A stretch of DNA of 63,767 nt, taken from the IMG/VR virus record IMGVR_UViG_3300010354_000086, positions 1-63,767 of that record; one strand, 5' to 3'. Below the pieces are notes generated by a model that searched no databases, was not told the DNA's origin, and worked only from the letters and a program-made list of their open reading frames with translations. Of the stretch, positions 1-10,500 are shown one piece after another. The first letter of the stretch is position 1. Each line of letters starts with the position of its first letter. The translations under genes were made by a program, and so were the position numbers. The DNA is from a virus. Lineage: Duplodnaviria; Caudoviricetes.

Positions 1-1
1 A

Positions 2-718
2 ACAGTTGAAGCGAAAACTCGTAAGTTAAGCGCTCGCTGGACATTTGAGGCTGCACAAGATGCACAAGCCCAACAAGGCATTGACATCGAAGCAGAAATT
101 ATGGCTGCTCTAGCACAAGAAATCACAACTGAAATTGATCAAGAAATCTTAACAAGTCTTCGCACACTAGCAGGTAGTGCTGTTGAGACATATGATCAAG
201 CTTCTGTAAGTGGTACAGCTACATTCGTTGGTGATGAACATGCTGCTTTAGCTGTTCAAATCAATCGTGTTGCTAACTTGATTGCTCAGCGTACACGTCG
301 TGGCGCAGGTAACTACTGCGTAGTTAGCCCATTAGCATTGACAATTCTTCAAAGTGCTACAACTTCTGCATTCGCAAGAACTACAGAAGGCACATTTGAA
401 GCACCTACAAACACCAAGTTTGTTGGTACATTGAATAGCGCAATGCGTGTATATGTTGATACATATGCTCAAGATAGCACAGGTGTTCTAATTGGTTATA
501 AGGGTTCAAGTGAAGCAGATGCTCCTGCATTCTATTGCCCATATATTCCTTTAATGAGCAGTGGTGTTGTTCTTGATCCAGCAACATTTGAACCAGTAGT
601 TAGCTTCATGACTCGTTATGGTTATGTTGAGCTAACAAACACAGCATCATCTCTTGGTAATGCTGCTGACTATCTTGGTCTTGTTGCTATCACTAACGGA
701 AACGTTAAGTTTAGCTAA
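2..718 (+). CDS. gp23: Major capsid protein, T4 gp23-like (5'-truncated)
   Basis: Frame open from nt 2: TVEAKTRKLSARWTFEAAQDA..GIDIEAEIM..EIDQEI, IAQRTRRGAGN, GYKG..DA..FYCPYIPL, DPATFEP..FMTRYG; hallmark gp23 motifs. Confidence 0.95.
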   Translation, partial: TVEAKTRKLSARWTFEAAQDAQAQQGIDIEAEIMAALAQEITTEIDQEILTSLRTLAGSAVETYDQASVSGTATFVGDEHAALAVQINRVANLIAQRTRRGAGNYCVVSPLALTILQSATTSAFARTTEGTFEAPTNTKFVGTLNSAMRVYVDTYAQDSTGVLIGYKGSSEADAPAFYCPYIPLMSSGVVLDPATFEPVVSFMTRYGYVELTNTASSLGNAADYLGLVAITNGNVKFS

Positions 719-743
719 ACCAACCTTAAGGGATGGGAAGGTT

Positions 744-769
744 AAAGCCCTGCATTGCAGGGCTTTTTT
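744..769 (+). terminator. Intrinsic terminator after capsid gene
   Basis: AAAGCCCTGCA-T-TGCAGGGCTTTTTT inverted repeat with U-tract, 25 nt after the stop. Confidence 0.85.
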
Positions 770-781
770 ATGAGTTATAAT

Positions 782-1063
782 ATGGATAACAATGAATTCA
801 TAATTCAATTTAGACAAGACTGGGACCGTGTTGAAAGAAATATTAGAAAAAAGTTTTCAACGATTCCTGAATTTAAAAAAGATGTATCAACTCTTTGTAA
901 TAATATAAGCAAGTTAATGAGTAAGGCTAGCCAAGCAGAGGTTATGTATAGGCAAACTAAAAAACAAAAGTATCTAGATGAAATAGACCAGTATGTTAAA
1001 GATTCAAACAGCTACATTTTGAGATTCACTAAAATCTGGATGTTTTCAATATTGAGTCGGTGA
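782..1063 (+). CDS. Hypothetical helical protein
   Basis: ORF track 755..1063; upstream starts fall in or against the terminator, so ATG 782 is preferred. Confidence 0.6.
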   Translation: MDNNEFIIQFRQDWDRVERNIRKKFSTIPEFKKDVSTLCNNISKLMSKASQAEVMYRQTKKQKYLDEIDQYVKDSNSYILRFTKIWMFSILSR

Positions 1064-1069
1064 TAAATA
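1063..1069 (+). promoter_or_regulatory. T4-type late promoter (ATAAATA)
   Basis: ATAAATA overlapping the upstream stop, ahead of the structural operon. Confidence 0.7.
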
Positions 1070-1072
1070 CTT

Positions 1073-1141
1073 TGTCTAAGTTTAGTCGTAAGACTTTATG
1101 CTGTAACCCGCAGCGTAGACCTAGAACGTCTAATTAAGGAG
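1073..1141 (+). promoter_or_regulatory. Structured 5' leader (candidate cis-regulatory RNA)
   Basis: Hairpins AGTC-GTAA-GACT, TATGCTG-TAACCCG-CAGCGTA and TAGAC-CTAGAAC-GTCTA directly before SD AAGGAG. Confidence 0.5.
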
Positions 1142-1148
1142 AAAACAA

Positions 1149-1532
1149 ATGGGTCGTCCAGTAAGAAAAGATGTCGCTGGTACTGAGGTATTCGGCGATT
1201 ATGCAACAACAGCAACCGGTATTAAAGTAACTGCATACATTCCAACCGCAGATGGTGGATCAAGTGCAGTTGCAGGATATATTGTCAAGCAAGTAGGATC
1301 TCGTAGATACAAAGTAACTACAGCTCAAGGAACAGGTAAATGTGGACTTGTAGCATCAGCACCAGCAGCTGGTGAAATGGTTATGTTAGGTTACACTAAT
1401 CCAGGTGCTGACATTTCTGTAGCGATTAGAAAATTACACAAGAGAACAGCTATTGATTTTAGTGGTAATCGTTATACATGGATTTTAGTAAACGATTCTT
1501 CAGAAGATTATATCCAATTAACAGCAATTTAA
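1149..1532 (+). CDS. Putative virion structural protein
   Basis: Strong SD AAGGAG, beta-rich 127 aa, first gene after a late promoter near the capsid gene. Confidence 0.6.
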   Translation: MGRPVRKDVAGTEVFGDYATTATGIKVTAYIPTADGGSSAVAGYIVKQVGSRRYKVTTAQGTGKCGLVASAPAAGEMVMLGYTNPGADISVAIRKLHKRTAIDFSGNRYTWILVNDSSEDYIQLTAI

Positions 1533-1533
1533 T

Positions 1534-2517
1534 ATGGAAAAATTCTTAGTTGTTAATAATGGTAATTATACCATACAGGTACAACCTGGCGGATCTATTA
1601 CCTTAGATGCAGATGGTACTGGCGAAATTTTCGTTAACGGTGATTTAACTGTATCCGGTAGCACAACTACCTTAACAACTACTGAACTTACTGTCACCGA
1701 CAAGTTAATTGTTCTGAACAAAGATGAACCGAGTGTAACTGGTATTGGATCTAGTGGACCTGGAAGAATCTCTGGGCTAGAAATTTATAGAGGACCTACA
1801 GCAGGATATCCTGCTGCTAGATTAGTTTTTAATGAGACAATTTCATGGAATGATGTTTCAACATCTTCAACTAAGTTTGGATCATTTGAATTAGTTGATC
1901 TTGACGGTAACCATTTACCATTAAAACTATCAAACATTGTTGGTCATGCCGATCGTGATATTGTATTTGATCTACAAGGTACTGACAGCATAGTTAGAGT
2001 CGATGTTGATAACTATTCTACTAGAATTACTCAAGCTTTATCGAGAAGTGTAGATCCTGATTCAATTCTAGCATCAGTTAAGTATGTACAAGATACTGTA
2101 GCTGGAGAATTGTTCTTAGATGATACTAGAATTACCATTGATGATGATAGTTTAAATCCAGGTCGAGTTAGAATTATTGTCGACGATCATGATATGGTAC
2201 AGGTAACATATGGACCAAGTCCATTAGTTACATTTTTTGAAGAACCGAATCAGTTAAATTTTACTCATAACTTAATCGTAAATGAAAATAACTCTACTCC
2301 ATTAGTTATTACCAGTAACTTTAATGAAGTAAAAATAAATTCTATACTTGATTTACAAGAACAAGCGTCTACTCCAACGAACGAAGTTGGATACACAAAA
2401 CTTTATGCCGCAGCAGTAGGATCAGGAGGAACAGGTTTACATTTTGTTAATGAAAATAACGGTACTGACGAACTAATTAGTAAAACTAAAGCACTGGTAT
2501 TTTCAATAATACTTTAA
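1534..2517 (+). CDS. Putative virion structural/fibre-associated protein
   Basis: GDLTVSGSTTT..VTDKLIVLNKDE..SGLEIYRG fibre-type motif; lies in the structural operon. Confidence 0.65.
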   Translation: MEKFLVVNNGNYTIQVQPGGSITLDADGTGEIFVNGDLTVSGSTTTLTTTELTVTDKLIVLNKDEPSVTGIGSSGPGRISGLEIYRGPTAGYPAARLVFNETISWNDVSTSSTKFGSFELVDLDGNHLPLKLSNIVGHADRDIVFDLQGTDSIVRVDVDNYSTRITQALSRSVDPDSILASVKYVQDTVAGELFLDDTRITIDDDSLNPGRVRIIVDDHDMVQVTYGPSPLVTFFEEPNQLNFTHNLIVNENNSTPLVITSNFNEVKINSILDLQEQASTPTNEVGYTKLYAAAVGSGGTGLHFVNENNGTDELISKTKALVFSIIL

Positions 2518-2526
2518 GGAAAAACA

Positions 2527-2865
2527 ATGGCAGTTAGAAGCGTAACAATTGGAACAACATATACTCAGCTAACTCCCACCTTCACACAACCTACTGCCGT
2601 TACGCTGATGATTTTTTGTAATCTAGAAACACCAGATCCACTTGATGCAGATTACGGGTTACAATATGTTAGTATTAGAGTAGGTCCTGAAGGTGTAGCA
2701 GACGGTAGCGATACTTATACAATTTTAAATCAAGTACCTCTTGATGCAGGTGACACACTAACTTTGCAACAAGAAAGATTTATTTTAGACGCCGGTGATG
2801 CTATCTATGCATCAACTACTAGTCCTGCAAATTTAGCTGCTACCGTTAGTTATGTGAGTATTTAA
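2527..2865 (+). CDS. Small beta-sandwich virion protein (putative)
   Basis: SD AAGGA; 112 aa with ILDAGDAIYA..ATVSYV C-terminus typical of small phage structural proteins. Confidence 0.55.
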   Translation: MAVRSVTIGTTYTQLTPTFTQPTAVTLMIFCNLETPDPLDADYGLQYVSIRVGPEGVADGSDTYTILNQVPLDAGDTLTLQQERFILDAGDAIYASTTSPANLAATVSYVSI

Positions 2866-2867
2866 AT

Positions 2868-5800
2868 ATGGAATTTCTTAGAAGATCGAGCCTGGTCCAT
2901 AATAAAAACTTTAATGATGATAGTATTATTGTTAAAGCAAATGGTGAGGTAGAATTTAATCCTCGAAATGGTATTGTCCGAATTAACGGAGATCTTATTG
3001 CGTCAGGCGATGTTGCAGGTCCTACAGTTACTAATGTTTTGTATGTAACTCAAGACGGTGACGATAACAATACAGGAAATGGTGAAAGCTCTAGTCAAGC
3101 TAAGAGAACTTTAAAAGCAGCTCTTGCTATAGCGCAACAAGGAACAACAATCTATGTTCGTAGTGGAGAATACTACGAAGATAACCCTTTAGTTGTTCCA
3201 CCTAATGTTTCTATTATTGGAGACAATTTAAGAACTACAGTAATTAGACCATTAAACGGTCCTGTACAAAAGAATATTATATTTGTATCTCGACAAGATA
3301 ATATTGTAACTATAACAACAAGTACCGCACATGGATATGTTGAAAATGACCGTGTACGAATTCGTTGCTCAAATACTAGCTTCGATACTGAGATAGGTAA
3401 CATTATTTCAGTAACATCAACTACATTTACCTATCGACAACTTGGGGCAAATGTATCAACTACTGCTGCTACCGGGTATGCATGGAAAGGTGTAGATTTA
3501 TTTCATGTAAACAGTGCTTGCTATCTAAATGGCATGGTATTTAAAGGACTACGAGCTCCGGGGTATTGTGTTAATATAGATTTTAATGCTATCGTAGACA
3601 CATCTCCTTATGTTCAAAACTGTTCAAATATTAATGGTCCTTGGATGCGAAATGGAACCGAATGGATTCCATTTCAAACAGAACAACCTGATATTAACGG
3701 AAATATGGTTACAGGGCCACGACCATTATTAGACAGTGAAATTCAATTAGGTCAGACCAGTGTTTATGGTATAGATACTGAAGGTGCAGGAGGCGGCATG
3801 TTAATTGATGGGGACCGATACCATCCCCAAAGTCCTATTAAATCTATGGTAGGAGATGCATTCACTCAAGTTGCTCAAGGTGGCATTGGATTCCATATTA
3901 GTAACTTTGGATATATGCAGTTAGTATCATGCTTTGCTGTATTTTGTGACAAGGCCTTTTATACAACCAATGGTGGATATTTAAGCATTTCGAACTCAGT
4001 TGCTGATTTTGGAAACTATGCTTTTGTTGCAGATGGTTATTACCCCATTCCTTATGCTACTGGTGAAATTACACAAAATTACTATTCATCCTGCGGCAGC
4101 GTTACAGTTATCACCGAAGGCACAGGCTATACTTCAGCCCCAACAGCTATAATTGATCCACCGACTACTGTTGGCGGAGTTCAGGCTACTGCTACAGTTT
4201 CTATAGATCCAATCTTACAAAAAGTTAATGCAATCTCGATTGACAACCCAGGAAGCGGTTATACTAGTGAACCTACAATTACAATTAGTGGCGGTGGAGC
4301 AAGTTTAGATGCAACTGCTCAAGTTAACCTCGCAAAGAATCTAACAGTACAGGTTAATAACTTACCTGGTAAACCTCAAGTTGGTAGTGTAGTATTTTTT
4401 ACTGGGGATACTACTGCATATCTAGTCACTGATACTAGTGCTTCATCGTTTACTTTACAATATGACGAACAAAAATGTCGTAGAGATGTTGGATACATAC
4501 TTGAAGCAGTGCTATCAGATATGGTATTTGGTACTAATTTACGAACACTGCAAGCAGGGCAAAGTTATTTAAGATCGTACTCTAATAAAGTTATTAGCCA
4601 GCAAAAGACACAAACTATAGCTGGTATTGAAAAAGCTCGTGATGAAGCTTTAGCTTTAACCAGCAATCCTACAGCTCAAACTTCTATAACAAACTTGTTT
4701 CAAGAAATTGTTGATATTATTGATATTGGAATTAGCGAATACGGTCCAGTATCATATTCAAATCCAGCAGGAGTATCTTCGGGTATTATTAATGCTAGAG
4801 AAATTTTAATAGCAAATACTGAATTTATCAAAGATGAAATCGAAGCTTGGATCACTGAGAACTATCCTGCATTAACTTACAACAGTACAAAGTGTCGAAG
4901 AGACATTGGGTTAATAATAGATGCACTAGGACATGACTTAACTTATGGTGGAAATTTAGCTATAAATGTTGTAGCAAATTCCTACCTTGAAGGCAGTGTT
5001 ATTAAAGGTGAAATTCAGGAAACTTTAGAAGCTTATGTACATTGGAAAAACATTGTAAGCAGTATTGTTCAAAATATTTTAATTACAAAATCTGCAACAA
5101 ATACTAATTCTCAAAACACTAGTCTTAGTGCAGGGTCTGCATCAGCTGGATCTATTTTAGAAAATTTACTACAAATTGTAATAGATGTTCTTGACTATGG
5201 AACTGGATTTGTACCAACACCAGATACAGATCCTAGTTTTTCTTTAGGCGACTCGTCTCTTAATACTGAAAGATTAATAATTTTAGCTTCTACATCTGCC
5301 ATACAAGATAATGTTATAAACTATTTAAATGATAGTGCTATACCAGGTGGGTCAGCTACAATCACAGTATTCCCAGCTATTACTTCAGTGTCAAAAGACT
5401 CTGAAGCATTTTTCCATAATGTATCTACAGTATCAACTGGAGCTACAATTTTTGAATATGTAGGTGCAGGTGTAACATATAATGCATTACCATTCTTCGG
5501 TGGTGAACCTGACCCAACTAAAGAAACTTATGAAGTTAATAACGGTAAAGTATTTTTTGTAACTACTGACCAAATAGGTAACAGCAGAATTGGTTCATTT
5601 TTTAATGTAAATGCTCTAACTGGTGAGGTTACTATTAACGCTGAAAACTTAAACCTTAGCGGTTTAGCAACTATTGGTCCATTTAAACGAAGTGGTATTC
5701 CGGTTGGAGTAGCTTTAAAAGAAGTTAGTAATAATGCAGGACTAATTTCCAGTATTGGAACTCAAGATATATACACAGTTCCAACACAGTATGCGGTTAG

Positions 5801-7580
5801 TAATTATGTAGAAAATAGATACCTTAATAAAATCACAGGAGGTACAGTTCAAGGACCAATTACTGCTCAGCAAGGCATAACTGGAGACTTAACTGGATCT
5901 TTATTTAAAGACGATAGTTCAACAATTGTTGATGCTGTTACAGGAAATATTTTTGGTAATAATTTAGATCTTACCGGCACAGCACAAATTGATAGTGATA
6001 CAACTATCGACGGGAATTTAGAAGTAAATGGAGATAGTATTTTTGGAAACTTTAATACTACATTTACTATTAATGGTTCATTTGTAGCAAATCTTGCAGA
6101 TAATCTTCCTGCAGTCTCTGGAAATACACCTGCCGCCTTAGAATTTAAAGAAAACTCAAATGGCTATTTAAAAATTGAAACAACTAATAGCTACGAAAAA
6201 ATTACTTTTGGATCTCTACCGTATACTGAGTTTTTGAACACTGCTGATTCAACATTGAGTAGCAATGGAGCAGTTAAATTCTTAGGTGGAGTAGGAATAG
6301 CTAAAAATCTAAATGTCGGAGCAGACTTTAGTGCTAGTGATAATGTAACTTTAGGTACTTTAACATCTGACCAGATTACTATTACAGGAACTATAAATTT
6401 AAATGTGCCTGACAATTCATCTACTGCTTTCAATGTAGTACAAGGATTAGATAACTATATCACTACTGATACAACAAACGGTTCTGAGAAGATTGAGCTA
6501 GGAGATATCACGCTTTCAGGATTTAAGGTTATAGTAAGAGGTCTAACTAACGCTACTGATAAAGACACTGGTGCATTAGTTGTTGAAGATGGTGGTCTTG
6601 CTGTAGAATTAGATACATATATTGGTCAAAACTTAACCGTTGTTGGTACAGCACAGATTCTAGATAGTATAACTGTCGATGGATATATTAATGGAACACT
6701 AAAAGGAGATGTAGTTGCTGATGATTCAACAGTGTTAGTAGAATCATCAACCGGTGATTTTATTGGACGCAATTTAACTCTTAGCGGAAATCAAATAATT
6801 CAAGGAACTAGTCTATCTACTTCTAGTGGAGCCTTTAATCTTTTAAATTCTAATGCTACTACGGTAAACTTTGCAGGTGCAGCTACTACACTAGAAATTG
6901 GTGCAGCTACTGGTACAACTAATATTAATAACAATTTAGATGTAGATGGGGACCTTAATGTTGATGGGAACGATTTAACAACTAGTGTATCAACATTTAA
7001 TTTAGTTAACACTAATGCTACTACTGTAAACTTTGGTGGTGCAGCTACAGATCTACAAATTGGCTCAGCTACTGGCACAACTAATATTAATAATAACTTA
7101 GATGTAGACGGTAATATATCAACCGATGGAACTAGCTTTTCTACCAGCCAGACTAGTTTCGATCTATTAGCTAATAGTGTTACTAGTTTAAACTTTGGCA
7201 CTAGTACAAATTTTATTACAATTGGAGCAACTACAGGTTCAACTACTGTTAGAAACTTAGTTATTGGTGTTGGTGGATTTGAAGGAGACCTGACTGGATC
7301 AGTATTTACTGATAACTCAACTCAAGTTATTAACGGTCAGACAGGAGATATATACGGTAACAATCTTACTTTATTAAATGATTTGTTAGTAACGCATGGT
7401 GGAACAGGAGTAGGAACATTTACACAGAATGGTATTCTTTACGGAAATAGTACAAATGCTTTACAGGTTACTTCTGCTAGTAATCCTGGTAGTAATGCAA
7501 CGTCAAGTTATGGAATTTTAACAACTGACGGAAGTAATGTCCCAACATGGACTGATGTGATCGACGGAGGCTCGTATTAA
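2868..7580 (+). CDS. Large fibre/structural protein with pectin-lyase-like domain and repeats
   Basis: LYVTQDGDDNN..RTLKAAL..IYVRSGEYYEDNPL..SIIGDNLR and SPYVQNCS motifs; KCRRDVG/KCRRDIG repeats; GSGYTS.PT repeats; fibre repeats; C-terminal IDGGSY. Confidence 0.8.
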   Translation: MEFLRRSSLVHNKNFNDDSIIVKANGEVEFNPRNGIVRINGDLIASGDVAGPTVTNVLYVTQDGDDNNTGNGESSSQAKRTLKAALAIAQQGTTIYVRSGEYYEDNPLVVPPNVSIIGDNLRTTVIRPLNGPVQKNIIFVSRQDNIVTITTSTAHGYVENDRVRIRCSNTSFDTEIGNIISVTSTTFTYRQLGANVSTTAATGYAWKGVDLFHVNSACYLNGMVFKGLRAPGYCVNIDFNAIVDTSPYVQNCSNINGPWMRNGTEWIPFQTEQPDINGNMVTGPRPLLDSEIQLGQTSVYGIDTEGAGGGMLIDGDRYHPQSPIKSMVGDAFTQVAQGGIGFHISNFGYMQLVSCFAVFCDKAFYTTNGGYLSISNSVADFGNYAFVADGYYPIPYATGEITQNYYSSCGSVTVITEGTGYTSAPTAIIDPPTTVGGVQATATVSIDPILQKVNAISIDNPGSGYTSEPTITISGGGASLDATAQVNLAKNLTVQVNNLPGKPQVGSVVFFTGDTTAYLVTDTSASSFTLQYDEQKCRRDVGYILEAVLSDMVFGTNLRTLQAGQSYLRSYSNKVISQQKTQTIAGIEKARDEALALTSNPTAQTSITNLFQEIVDIIDIGISEYGPVSYSNPAGVSSGIINAREILIANTEFIKDEIEAWITENYPALTYNSTKCRRDIGLIIDALGHDLTYGGNLAINVVANSYLEGSVIKGEIQETLEAYVHWKNIVSSIVQNILITKSATNTNSQNTSLSAGSASAGSILENLLQIVIDVLDYGTGFVPTPDTDPSFSLGDSSLNTERLIILASTSAIQDNVINYLNDSAIPGGSATITVFPAITSVSKDSEAFFHNVSTVSTGATIFEYVGAGVTYNALPFFGGEPDPTKETYEVNNGKVFFVTTDQIGNSRIGSFFNVNALTGEVTINAENLNLSGLATIGPFKRSGIPVGVALKEVSNNAGLISSIGTQDIYTVPTQYAVSNYVENRYLNKITGGTVQGPITAQQGITGDLTGSLFKDDSSTIVDAVTGNIFGNNLDLTGTAQIDSDTTIDGNLEVNGDSIFGNFNTTFTINGSFVANLADNLPAVSGNTPAALEFKENSNGYLKIETTNSYEKITFGSLPYTEFLNTADSTLSSNGAVKFLGGVGIAKNLNVGADFSASDNVTLGTLTSDQITITGTINLNVPDNSSTAFNVVQGLDNYITTDTTNGSEKIELGDITLSGFKVIVRGLTNATDKDTGALVVEDGGLAVELDTYIGQNLTVVGTAQILDSITVDGYINGTLKGDVVADDSTVLVESSTGDFIGRNLTLSGNQIIQGTSLSTSSGAFNLLNSNATTVNFAGAATTLEIGAATGTTNINNNLDVDGDLNVDGNDLTTSVSTFNLVNTNATTVNFGGAATDLQIGSATGTTNINNNLDVDGNISTDGTSFSTSQTSFDLLANSVTSLNFGTSTNFITIGATTGSTTVRNLVIGVGGFEGDLTGSVFTDNSTQVINGQTGDIYGNNLTLLNDLLVTHGGTGVGTFTQNGILYGNSTNALQVTSASNPGSNATSSYGILTTDGSNVPTWTDVIDGGSY

Positions 7581-10500
7581 TGGCAACAAGAATTAAGCAT
7601 AAGAGAAGTTCTATTTCGGGGTCAATCCCTACGACTGGCGATCTTGAAGCAGGCGAAATAGCTCTTAATACCGCCGACGGTAAAGTTTTTTTAAAGCGTG
7701 ACGACAATGAAATTGTAGATGTTACACGACAGATTTTTGATAAAGATACAAGAATCGAAATCACTGACACAAGTGATGGTGTAATTACAGTTGTTGTAGA
7801 TACCGAAGAAAAGATCAGAGTAAGTGATACTTCTATTAATCTAAAAGAAGAAGTAGTAGTCGAAGATGCTAACGGAATCGAGTTTAAAGAACTTAGTGCC
7901 AACGGGGCTAGCGGTATAACACTTAAGGCTCCAAATAGTCTATCATCTTCTTACACTATGCGATTGCCAATCGCCTCAGGTACTGCTAATCAGATTTTAT
8001 CAACTGACGGATCAGGTCAATTAACTTTTATTGATTCGGATATCTATGGCGGAAATAGAATATATGTGTCTGAAACTAAAGGTGACGATAACAACGACGG
8101 AGTTAGTGCTCCTGTACAATCTATAAAGAAAGCTCTACAACTTGCTTCTGCTCTTGTTTATACAAGTGGAGGATCAGTAAATGGTACTAGAGTAGCTGTT
8201 ATGGTTGCAGCAGGTGATTATGTGGTTGATAATCCAGTTATCATTCCTGATAATGTCAGTGTTATCGGTGACGGATTAAGAACTACATTGCTAAGACCCT
8301 TAAATCCCGGACTTGATATGTTTCGAGTTCGAGGTGGTTGTTATTTTACTGAATTTACTTTCAGAGATGCTGTTGATACTAGCTTTGTTCCTACTTTTAC
8401 ATTTGACTACTCATTTAGCTTTGATAATCCGTTAGATTCTAACTGCGATCGTACTGGATATACCTACTTACCGAGTACTAAACCAGTAATTACACTGTCG
8501 CCATACATACAGAATTGTTCATTAATTAGTTTCTTAGGCGGCAATGGAGTAAAGATTGACGGTAATCTTGTACTAACTCCAAACGTATCACCTGGTAATC
8601 CACAAGAACAAGAAAGACCAGCTGTTGGCGATGTGCCCGAGCAAGGCAAGTCGATGGTTGCTAATGCATTTACCATGGTCAGCTTCGGTGGAACAGGTTG
8701 GCGTGTAATTAATGATGCCTACAGCCAATTAGTATCTTGTTTTCAGATTTTCATGCTCAACGGAGTTTATACCCAAAGTGGTGGTTATGTATCTATAACT
8801 AATTCTGCAACTAACTTTGGTATATACGCTCTACGCAGTTCTGGTTATAGCCCTAATTCTTTTGTTTTTGATCGAGCTACGATTGTTAGCACTGGTTCTA
8901 GTGGCGGCCAACAGACTTTGGAAATCATCGGACTAGTCCGAGACGAACCAGTTGAAGAATTTATCTTACGATTCTATGACGGATCTACTTTAGCAGATAT
9001 AACAAATACATTTAAACCAGCAGCGACCGAATTAACTTTTAATGCTGCAACAGACTTAAACACCACAACAAATATATTTTCTATTACATCTCACGGGTTT
9101 ACAAATGGACAAGCTGTGATTTATGATAGCAATGGAAATACTCCATTGGGTGGCCTTGACGACGAACAAACTTATTATATTGATTATATTAATAGTAACG
9201 AATTTAGATTATTGTTTGACGATAGTTTAAATACTGCCGTTGATATAACTAGTCTAAGCACAGGAACTCATAAGTTTATTATAGATCGACAAGAATTCTT
9301 TGTTGACGAGGTTGTTTCTAGACATAGCACATATCAAGAATTAACTCTGGCTTCTGGAACTTATAATTTTAATATTGGACAGATTATAGCTGGTACTACT
9401 GGAGGTAATCCTAACAGTGCTTATGTCTACAGCTGGAACCAATCTACTAGAAAACTCGTTGTTAGTGTAAACTTAGTTACAATTGGTGCAAGTGAGATAC
9501 GAAATACTTTCGATGCTAGTAGTGTGATTACTGCCGATCATAGTTCTCCTACTCCGGTGACAAATATTAATGTTGATTCAGTTGCTACTGTTACTGGTTA
9601 TAATAGTGCAAATTTTAAGATTTTAAGTACTACCGAAGGGGGACTCTTAACAAATCTAGTAAACTTACCAAAAAATAAAGTTTATTTTCATAGACCTAGT
9701 ATTGTAAACAGTTCAGCTCATACTTGGGAATATGCAGGATCTGGTATTGACTATAATGCATTACCTCAAAACGGTGGTAATACCGTGGCTCGATTTGAAC
9801 AATATGCAGAACTGCCTGGTCGAGTTTACACTTCTGGAACTAATGAGCTAGGAGACTTTAAGGTTGGTAGTTTTATTACTGCATATAACAGAACTGGTAA
9901 TATTACATTTAGAAATAAAGTCAGTGTTGACCAACTTGATGCTCTAAGAATCAGCTTATCTGATGTTGAAATTACAGCATTGTCAACAGATGTTGACCTT
10001 GGTGACAATGAGCCAGGTGGAGCAACAAACAGTAGATTAAGCACACAAGCAGCAGTTCGCGGGTTTTTAAATAACCGTCTTGGTAATTTTATTGACAAGT
10101 CGGTAGCAACTAGTGCTGTTCCAGGAGCAATTGTTCAACTAAATGCTAACGGTCAAATTAACGATGATCTAATTCCAGCCACTAGAGCTTTCCAGTCAAG
10201 TTTACTAAGCGGGTATAAATCAAGACTTAACATAGTTGAACAAATTCCAGCGGTAGACAGCTCCGCAGGTGATATTGCTACAGAAGAGTTTGAGCAAATA
10301 GAATTAACATTATCGGATCCTGTAACTGTAACAGATGGAATGACTATTAGTCAAACTAGCTCTGGTATTTCAGGAATTATTAGAGGTGATCAATCTAACT
10401 CTTCAACCATTGTTGTAGCATCTACCGGCAGATACTTTAAGAAAAGCCTTATAGACAGTGTGTCTCGAAACGGGTCAAACCTAGCTACAATTACCTTTAC

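Noticed and set aside
755-781. Sigma70 promoter and longer start for the ORF after the capsid gene
   Set aside because: TATAAT directly abuts ATG 782, the -35 spacing is poor, and the TTG start lies inside the terminator.
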